Shown piece after piece: positions 1-9,442 of a stretch of DNA of 64,000 nt. This stretch comes from Cenococcum geophilum (taxonomy: Eukaryota). The position numbers and the translations under genes were made by a program. How positions within the stretch are numbered: the first letter of the stretch is position 1; the number at the start of each line of letters is the position of its first letter. Below the pieces are notes generated by a model. It was given only the letters and a program-made list of their open reading frames with translations. It was not told the origin of the DNA and did not search any database. The stretch is from NCBI GenBank assembly GCA_050273025.1, contig CP158635.1, forward strand, positions 25,482,001-25,546,000, read 5' to 3'.

Positions 1-2346
1 AGGGCTTAAAGAGTATACTGGTAATAGTGGCCCGCTCTTAAATTTTAAATTTAACTCTTAGCAGTATTAATACTTTAGTTGGCGCCTTCCTACTAAGCTG
101 CCTAGCTATTTTAATTGTGTTAATCGATTTATGAAAGTCGCGAATAGCCTTATTTAATTATTCTCTGCGTAATCTTTAATATATTATGCCAATCTTCCGC
201 TTAGTATCTTTATATTGCTGGTATAAGTTGGTTCCTTTAGCCTTAGTAATGGGGTAGAAGCCTACGCTATTAATTTAGTCCTTATATTCTCCTTATTTAC
301 TATAAAGCGCTCTAAGCTTAGGGTGGTTTTGGAGCTCTTCCAGCTAATCGTTATTAAGCTCTATAGGTGTGTGTTAATCTTATAATAGACCTATTCTTGC
401 GACGGATTTAATAAGGAGATCTTGTAAAGGACTTCTAAAATATATGCTCTAGTAATTACGCGTAATATGCGTTAGTATATAGTACTTTTTATATGTGTTA
501 CTAAGATGGCCTATAGTCTAGTTCCGTTCTTTAGGAGTAAGAGCGTCTATGGATTTTATAATATTAGTATAGAATAAAGGAAGCCGAGAACTGATAATAG
601 AGCTGACCTACTATTAATGTTTTTACCTAAAGCCCGTCGCAGCTGGTATAACTTTAGTGCTATTTTAAAACTAGTAATAAGCCCTAAGCGTATAAATATG
701 TTATAGTATTTTGCGTATAAAAAGGCTTTGTCTTTTAGAATATTGATACCCCCTATTATATATCTAACGTCGCAGAAGAATAGCTAATCTAGTACTTTAT
801 CCTTCTATCTAATGCGTAGTATATCGCGGTACGCTAGTGCCTTAAGTTTAAAGATATCTTTAATACTTATAAAGTTATCTCTAAATACCTCCTAACTAAT
901 ACTAATGGCTAGGATATGTAAAATAATATAGAACGCTGGAAGTCCTTCTAGATGGAAAGTAAACTTCTTTCTATAATATTTAAAGCGTTAGTAAAATAAA
1001 TTGTAACCTAGATCTATTACTTAGCTTATGGTCTACTGTCTTTTTCCTTGTTTTTAATATGTTCTAGGTTTATATTTTCCATAATTATACTCTATTTAGG
1101 GTGTTTTTTGTTATAAATAACTATAATATTAATATCTTTAAACTATAGTGCTTTATTGCTGCCTTTAGCACTGGCGCTTTTAACAAAAGCTCCTGGTCTT
1201 ATAGCTGTAGCTACGCTAAGTAGGAGAAGAAGCGAAATTTAGACTTAAATAGAGTTATAGAGGGGCTTAGTATCGTCTACCTAAAGAGCGTAGAGGATAG
1301 CGTAAAGGTCCTGGACGTATATAGCGTACTTTTCCTTTTCTAATTTATTAAGCCTAAGGCTAGGTATCTATTACTATAGTTATTAGTAAACAAGTTTATA
1401 AAGAATAATTTTAGAGAATATATATTATAAATATTATCTAGAATATTACAGTCCATTCTATAGTTTATTAGATCCCTATAGTAGAGGCTAATTTATTTCT
1501 AGTAGCATTGTATTAAGCTCTTCTTCTTAATTTAGAAATGTTTTTTACGCTATATTAGATACGCTTTAAATACCTCCGGGTTATATTTACGTAGGTAGTC
1601 TTCTGGAGATTTTTTAGTCCTTTTTTTAATCTTTTTATAGTACCTATTTTAAGCTATTAGAAGAGAGTTTGACGTAAGGTATATATAGAAGATATATCTT
1701 ACGTCTCCTAGATTTTTCCTTCCCTCTTCTATAGCTTCTTTGTTTATAGGGTATAATTTAGTTTTGCTAGCCCTTCCTTCCTTAATTAAGTAATATCCTT
1801 TAGTATCTCTTTAACTTTAGAATCTAAATCTATGTTTAATTTCTCGTCTAATTCTAGGTCTAAACTGAGATTAGGGTCTATATAACTGTCTAGTTTAATA
1901 TCCGTATCTAGCTTAGTGTCTGGGTTGGAGTATAAATTAAAGTTTAAATTAGAATATAAATTGGAGTTAGAGTTTAAGTCTAAACCTAACTCTAGGATTG
2001 GGCCTGTATAGGGAGGCGGGTATAGTTTTTAATTTAAGATGGTTTTGTAATTAGCAGCGCTAATCTCTAGTACTCTTTTTATTTTCTCTGTTAGAGCTAG
2101 AGATAGAACTAGAGCTAATAATTAGATGACTGTAATACCACTAGGTTTGTATTATTGTGTTAGTCTAAGAGGTAGGCGAGTAGCTGTTATTAAAATAGAA
2201 TAGAAAATAGTAGATAAAAAGCTAGGGCTAGAAGATGAATGTTAAGAAGTAAGCGGGGTTAAGGTTAGAGAAGTAGCTAGTTTGTGTAAGGATAGGAGTA
2301 AAGCGAAAGGGCGGTTATCGCTTTAAGTAGGCTCTGGCGGCGTCAT
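1..2346 (-). pseudogene. RIP-inactivated DUF3435 tyrosine recombinase (Starship captain-type), multi-exon, runs off the left window edge
   Basis: Minus-strand translation with RIP reversed gives an acidic D/S-rich N-terminus, then FKAYLIWRKKH..YWK, DLYAILHALWVDD..RVQISLLLLLSxATATRPGAFVES (~1185-1320), LELYQLRRASG (~630-655), ERNQTMGHL..TYEKYY (~485-530) and AIRDFH..IDTIEIARQL. Introns are apparent near 1640-1700, 1375-1425, 970-1030 and 550-610. Many TAA/TAG stops. Start is uncertain (ATG at 2346 or a RIPped ATG near 2150). Confidence 0.88.
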
Positions 2347-2554
2347 GGGTTGTGCTATAGTTGGATTAATATTAAGTGTTGGTGAGCGTTGGACCGCTCC
2401 CCTGTAATTAAGGGAGGGGCTTATAGGCTAAGCGAGTAGAGTCTCTTTAAAGCGGTAATAAGTCGGGCCTAAGCGAGGTGGAAATGCCGTTAAAAGCGGC
2501 GGCCAAACACACCTAAAAACGGATGCATTTTCACTACCATATATATATTTGTAG

Positions 2555-2800
2555 TTATTTAGGGAAGGTTAATAATCGGATTAACGACCTAAGAAGTAGC
2601 TGGAAAGAGATAAAAGATATTATTAAGCGGCTTTAAAATAAAATCCATACTTTTAAAAAAGGTAGTAATAAAACTTTAGATTATGGAGATAAATGGGTTA
2701 TAAAGGCTAGAAATATAATTACGGCATCTAAGAGGAAAAGGGTACGCTTAGCCTAAGGATAGGAAAGTCTATAGAATTAAGGAGGAAATTTATCAGCTTA
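2555..2800 (+). pseudogene. Possible 3' fragment of a RIPped coiled-coil gene
   Basis: One frame reads GKVNNRINDLRSSWKEIKDIIKRL*NKIHTF..WVIKARNIITASKRKRVRLA, following a possible acceptor ttgtag. No family recognised. Confidence 0.3.
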
Positions 2801-3099
2801 AATAGTACGCTCTTTAGTTTTATATCGTTTGCTTATTAAAGAAAATTTATATATTAGATTTAAGCTAGACTAGCCCCTCTATTTATAGTAAGTGTTTACC
2901 ACATTTATATACTTAATTAGTAATAAATTAGTAGATTTAACTAAGCTTAGTATTTAAAGCGAGCAGAACTACGTTCATTTATTACGTATTTAAGTCTAGT
3001 CGCGTCTTCTTTACTAGTAGAGGATAGCGTTTATCCTTAAAATAGAAGTTAGTTTATAAAATAATAGAAAAGAAGGGGGCTTATAAGGGTTTCTAAGTC

Positions 3100-5004
3100 T
3101 AAAGGCTATAAAGACTACTTAATTTACTAATACGGTAAACACCCTGGCTATTTAACCCGCGAAGTTCTACTATTGCCTATTATATCTCTTATATAAATTC
3201 ATTATAATATCCTCTTAGCTATTTATTTAGACCCTCTTTAGGTACCCGTTTTCTCTTCTAATTTAGTAAGATAATACCTAGTATAGCCTACGGTTTCAGA
3301 ACCTTAGCCCGTTTAAAGTTAATTATTATTACTTTGCCAACCTTTATATTCTAAAGTATATTACAAAGCATCGCATCTTAGTATAAAACTCCTAGTTAAT
3401 AGACGGCCTAAATTAAGCGCTTGACCTATTCTATTAGGTATAGCCTATTATTACCATTAATACGTTAAGACATTAGGTTTCCCCTAAAACTAAGGAATAT
3501 TATATAAATAATCTCTATAATACCGTTATAGAAATATAAACGGTTAAGATTAATATTTTCTAGATATACTAGTATATATATACTCTAGATCGGACGGAGG
3601 CGCTTATAAATAGTAGCCTTTTAATTTAGGTGGCCAATAAAGTTAATAATAGTGTATTTTGTGGCTAGGGTATATCTATATAATATTAACCTAACCTTAA
3701 ATAGAGCCCTATATACTCTATATACGCCCACTAGCTTATAATTAATATCTAAATCTTTTAAGAGTTACTAGCGTATAAGATTAAGGAAGGTAGGCTAGTT
3801 AATCTAATAACGGCTCTTACTGTAATCTTGCACGTTTAGACACATCTTATTAAGTAAACCCCCCTCTACTAAGCTAAAAAGACATTTTTAAGTATAATAC
3901 CGCCCACTTTTACCTCTATAGTGGGAATTGCGACTAAATAATAATTTGCTAGTAGGGTTTAGGGCTTAAGGTAGAGGTATAAGGCAGTATTGCTAGGGTG
4001 TACGGTAGGGAGCAGGCAAGCCGAGTATAAGTCATATAGGGAGTCGATGGAAGAGGACGATATGGTAATAAGGGTAGGTAATAGCCTAAGTACAGAGATA
4101 AACCGATGGGGGAGGAAGGAGGCTGTAAGCCCAAGGTGCTTATAAGGAGGTGCTAAGGGCTAGCCGAAGGCTAGCCTTGGCGACCCCTAAGAGCCCCTAG
4201 GCGATGCAGCCGAGTAAGGGCCAAAATAACCCTTATAAGAGGCTAGGGTAGAGACCGCTAGAATAGATAGCTTAGAGTATTAGGATTAAACTTATTATTA
4301 CTAGGCTCGCTCTAATCCTATAATAGGTAATACTAGGGGGAACTAGTTAACGTTACTTTAGGTTAGAGCTAGATAAGTAATATATAAAGAAAATTATTTT
4401 GCCTAGGTACCTAATACTTTAATAAAGGCGTATTATATATAGAAATTATATCTAATAGATTATTATAGATCACCTCCTAGCTTTTTAGTTAAGCGGCTAC
4501 ATTAGTCTACTAATTTTAATTCTAATATGGTGTCTTTAGCGCCTAAAGGGTAAATGCTAGTATCTGTCCGACGGCGGTTAGATATAATTAATTTCCCCTA
4601 TTTAAATCTAGTGCCCATCTAGTTATCTCCTTAACGTTACCCTTAGGGATAGATAGGAAGTAGTAAACTATCTTAGGATTATAGGGCACTTATAAAAAGA
4701 TAAATGCTTTACTAGTATAAATATACCTATACTTTAGTCTAGCCTAAACCATATAAGAAAAGGCCTAAGTAATAATAGCAGTAACTAGGTAACGGAAGTA
4801 GTTCTATAGGCTGTTAATTTTATAGTAGCAAACTACTTCCTTAAGTTTTATATTATTAAGACCCTTATATATATAGCTAAGAATTAGTTTATAGGGAGCC
4901 TTATACTTAATAATAAAGGTAGTAATATAATACTCTATATTCTAAGTCTTACTAAAAGTATTATATATATAGAACTAATCTATATAAAGACGCGACGACC
5001 TTAC
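3100..5004 (-). pseudogene. RIP-inactivated Spok-family (spore killer-like) nuclease/Cys-cluster/kinase gene, 5'-truncated
   Basis: With RIP reversed: DQFCVY..FIIEYKAPHKL (~4885-4985); LVAAVITQAFSYMV.AGLEYGYICTGEAFIFL.VP.DP.TVYYFLS.P; LHLTAVGQMLAFTLQAL; Cys cluster RYCTQKCL.GLVEGGLLDKMCPNVQDH (~3825-3900); GALFKVRL..YGYTL.AK..EAAIYERLRPIQGVHVPVYLGNIDL; kinase loop GVLH.DAM.RN.LWN..VMIIDFERA (~3305-3395). Cut at 5004 by an LTR. The 3' end is approximate. Confidence 0.85.
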
Positions 5005-5375
5005 TGTTTATATTAAGTTAATAATACAAGTGAGTTATATCCAGGAGCACGAAATACGTATAGTATTGTATACTCTTTTAGATAATGGTGACTTGTTCTT
5101 CTAATTGTATATAAATAGGAGGAATTTAAGGGGTTTCCTAAGCTCGCTTAGCTTACGTAATTGCGTCTATAAATTCCTGTTTAAACTTATTTAGACATTA
5201 GCGGCACTTAAATAGAACCACTTGTATATAGCCTTTGTAATTACTTTAATAGAACCATAAAATAAAAAGGGGATATATAAGAAATAAAACTATAAAACAT
5301 AAAAGAAATACATAGGAAATCCCTCCTAAGGTGCCTTCTGGGCTGCCTTCCAAACGGCGCTTTAAGCTGGCCGTA
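5005..5375 (-). mobile_element. 3' LTR (5005-5197) and 3' UTR of a Copia family-A variant
   Basis: TG...CA ends. 5005-5093 matches the first ~90 bp of the LTRs at 7445, 8775 and 28637. 5198-5375 matches the A-element 3' UTR at 8994-9140. Confidence 0.8.
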
Positions 5376-5571
5376 TATTAGCATTTTATTAGGGTACTAA
5401 GATCCTAGAGGCCTCCTAACAGGATTTTGATTTTCCTAATCGTTCTAGTCGTCCTAATAGGCTCCTAATAGGAACCTACTATCCTAATATAATCCTAATA
5501 GGACCCTACCATCCTAATACGTTCCTAATGCGTTTCTAATAAAACCCTATTATCCTAATGCGTTCCTGACA
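5376..5571. mobile_element. Solo LTR (family E) without matching TSD
   Basis: Inverted termini tattag (RIPped tgtcag) ... ctgaca and internal cctaat repeats. The flanks ccgta and aagca differ. Confidence 0.65.
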
Positions 5572-7663
5572 AAGCACTTTTAGCTAGTTTATTTATAGGG
5601 GTATGCATTTGTATAGAAGTTATTATAGGGTTTATAGGTAGGACCTAGTTAATGCGGATACTGCTAGCGGTAGTAGTAGTCTGTAAAGTAGGCATCTAAG
5701 TTAGTTTATAAATTTTATAGGTCCGTAATAAAGGCTTAAGTACTATCTAGTGGGTTTAAAACTTTGTATATTATAATAGAGGACTATAAATTATTAATAA
5801 GGCCAGCTATAGTGTCTGTAGGTTTATAATAGGCATATTTACAGGGTTCTACTTCTTAGTAAGCTGTGATAAGCTTATTATATAGGAAGTTGTCCGTTTA
5901 AAGCTTAATATTAAGGCCGTGCTATAGGTGCCGGAGGTCTTTAATAAGAATTTATAGGCACTTTATAATTAATTTTTTAGTATTCTTATTAATTACGGTC
6001 TGTAACTTAATCGCATTCTATTAAGTAAGAATATTACGCTTATATTCTAGCCCTTTAAAGTAGTTATATATAGCCTTATATAGCTTATTAAAGGGAACAC
6101 TAAGGGGGTTACTTTTAAGGTTGGTATAATAATAGTTAAGGGCTAGGCCGCGTAGTATAGTAAAGTAGGCTTAGCTAAACTCCTATTTAGGGATATTAGC
6201 CTTCTAATAAAGGTCCGTAAAGATAGTTAGTTTAAAGTTAAAGTTGTCGTTTTTACTGCTATACTTAGATTCGTTAGTATAGAGTTTAGCTAGGTTAGCT
6301 AGCTCCTTGCTATAGGTCTTTACTTAGGTAGTTTACGGATCTGTAACTTAAGTAATAGAAGTATTTTAGTCCGTATTTTAGTTTACGAGGGTATTATAGT
6401 CCGTAATTTGGGTTACGGGTGTATTGCGGTCCGTAACTTAAGTACTAAGTATACTTTAGCCCGTAAGATTAATCTTAAAACTGCTTAGGTTTATAGGACA
6501 AATTTAGTTAAGTAGGTTAGATATAAGGCTAGCAATCCTATTAAGTTTAGAAGAAGTAAATAGTCTACTAGTAGCTTTAACCTAGTTTAGGATTTCCTCT
6601 TTAGTCTATTCTATTTAGTCTTTCTTATATATTATATTATATAAAGACCATATAATAGTGACTTATTTATCCCTTTTAACCTATATACCTTAGTAACATA
6701 AAAGGGTTTATAGGTTACGGATAGTAATAAGGTTGCAAGTCTTAAAAATAGCTTCTATAAAGTCTGTAAAGTCTTTCTAGTATTACTTCTATAGGCCATT
6801 ATTTATAAGCTTAAAATATTTATATTTAAGGATTTTAAAATTAATATAGTCGTTAACGTTAGGTATAGACTTAGTGTCAACTTCTTACCTCCACTTCTTT
6901 TGACCTTCATTAATTTACTTACTTAGGTCTACTATACTATATAACGTAATATGTCCGTATAAGCTGTAACGGATGGAAAGGTCTTATAGTGGTCCGTAAA
7001 GGTGATTAATGGGTCCGTAACAGTTTGCGGAAGGGTAAGAGGTTTTATAACGGTCTGTAAAATTAATTAGCGAGTCTGTAACAGTTTAAGAGGTCTTATA
7101 ATAGTCCGTAAAGGTGATTAGCAGGTCCGTAATAGTTTGTAGGAGGGTAAGGGGTTTTTATAAGGGGTCCAAAAAGAGGTCGGGGTATTAAGGGAGGGTG
7201 TAGTAGGAATAGGGATTTAAGGTTTAAGGATAGGGGGGTTCTATAAAGGTCTGTATTCGCGTTTATTACACTTCTAGTAAACCATACTAAGACTTAAATA
7301 AGTATATAAAGTTGGTAATAGTTCCGTAATCTCTAACTTCCAACCTTTTAGCAGGTCGTACTAGGATTAAACAGTTAGTCGCTATCGTATATTACTTGGG
7401 GGAGGTATTAAGTAATTGCTAATCTGTGCGCGCTTACTAATTAGTATTTATATTAATTTAATAATACAATTGAGTTATATCTAGGGGCACGAAATACATA
7501 TAGTATCGTATACTCTTTTAGATAGTAGTAACTGTCGATTCTATTAAGGTAGACTACGTGGTCTATATACTAACGCGCCTCCCCCCTAATTAGTTAGTAT
7601 ATAAGTAGTTAGTGCACTAAACGCGTAAATACGCGTTTATATACTAGGTGCTGTAATTATATA
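5572..7663 (-). mobile_element. Copia family A copy 2: 5' LTR (7445-7663), leader and gag, truncated at the zinc knuckle
   Basis: Collinear with 26850-28855. The 219-bp LTR closely matches those at 8775-8993 and 28637-28855. Confidence 0.88.
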
Positions 7664-9442
7664 AAGACTTAATAGTAGGCTTTACGGATTAGCTCTGTTT
7701 GTAGGTTATTAATATCTAGAACTATAAGCCGTTCTTAGTATAGAAGTAGTCCTTCCTCTATTTCTAAATTAGGGTTACCTTTTATAGCTTAGTTATAGAG
7801 GGCCTTTAGGGAGTTAGCTGTGCGGTTTATAGTTAGGATGCGATTAATTAGCCCTATTAGTTTATTTAAGACTTTTTCTATAGGTGCTAAATTATTCTAC
7901 TTAGAGTTTAGCTCCTTAAGGATCCGTAGATTAAGCTATTTATGGTAAAGGAGGGCGCGCGTCCAGTATTAGGCTTTTAGCTTATCTTAAGGTCCTATAT
8001 ATTATTCCCTTTAAGTTAATATATTAGCCTAAGAGTTTTACTTATTAGAACGATATATAATTATAAAGAAGAATTAGAAGAGTATTTTAGCCTAATAAGC
8101 TTATTATCTAGTAAGCTACTTTATAGTTATAAAGTACTCTAGGGCTTTATAATCTATATATATTTTAATCTAGGAGTTTGTACTTTTAAGCTCTATATAC
8201 TATTAAAATAGTAATTAGATAATAGCTAGTATTTTTTTATTATATACCTTATAGTTATACTTAGCTAAGTCTATTATTTTTTTTTAAAAAAAAAAGGTAA
8301 TAGGGTACTATTCGCCGTCTGGCTATAACTATAATAGGATTCCCACTATAACTCTATTAGAAGTGTCTGTTTTTAGTATTAACTTAAAATCCAGGTTATA
8401 GTAATAAAGGATTAGAGAGAAGATAAGCTAATCTTTTAACTCTTTAAAGGCTTTTATATAGTTATTATTAAAGACAAAAGGCGTGTTTTTATAAGTAAGT
8501 TGTATAAGAGGCCTTGCTATAACTCTATAGTTACGGATAAACTAATAATAAAAATTACAAAACCTAAGGAAGGACTGGATCCCTTTTACTATATAAGGGG
8601 GCTTCTAGTTATGGATTACCTACCTTCTTAAGGTCAACCTTAATTCCTTTTATAGTTATAATAAACCTAAGGTACTTTATACGTTTTACCCTAAACTTAT
8701 ATTTCTTAATATTAACTTATAAGCCTATATTTCGTAGTCTCTCTAAGACCTTCTTAATATAAACTTAATATTTATATTTATATCAATTTAATAATACAAT
8801 TAAGTTATATCTAGGGGCACGAAATACGTATAGTATTGTATACTCTTTTAGATAGTAGTAACTGTTAATTTTATTAAGGTAGACTACGTAGTCTATATAC
8901 TAACGCGCCTCCCCCCTAATTAGTTAGCATGTAGGTGGTTAGTGCACTAAACGCGTAAATACGCGTTCGTATACTAGGTGCTATAATTATATACTAGCGG
9001 TACTTAGAAAATAAAACCACTTATATATAGCCTCTGTAATTGCCTTAATAGAACTATAAAACACGTAAGGAAATATATAGGAAATCCCTCCTAAGGTGCC
9101 TTCTAGGCTGCCTTCTAGACGGTGCTCTAAGCTAGCTGTAAGTCCTGCTTATAGTCCGTAAAATAAACTATACGGCCTTCTGGCGGGCCGTAACTAAACT
9201 ATAAATACTTCGTTAGTCTCGCTCTACCCATTTTATAACCCTTAGGTTAAGCTTATTTATATTAATTAGGGTTTTAAGGGCTTAACACAACTTTGCCTTA
9301 GTTATAGTGTCTACTAAATTATCTCCGCTGCTAATTTATTTAACCTCTGTAATTTTATATCGTTTATAGGCCTAATATAAGCACATTAGGTCGACTATAA
9401 GCCTCTTCTCTTATATTGTACCTAGTTTAACTAGGCAGTTAT

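Noticed and set aside
2532..2537. CACTAC as a possible CACTA transposon end
   Set aside because: No matching terminal inverted repeat or CACTA transposase motifs were found.
6350..7140. Spaced gtccgtaa repeats resembling a CRISPR array
   Set aside because: Eukaryotic retrotransposon leader and gag tandem repeats; the spacers are related to each other and there are no cas genes.
8277..8295. Poly-T/poly-A palindrome
   Set aside because: It lies in Gypsy RNase H codons (AFFSKK) and is explained by RIP plus slippage.
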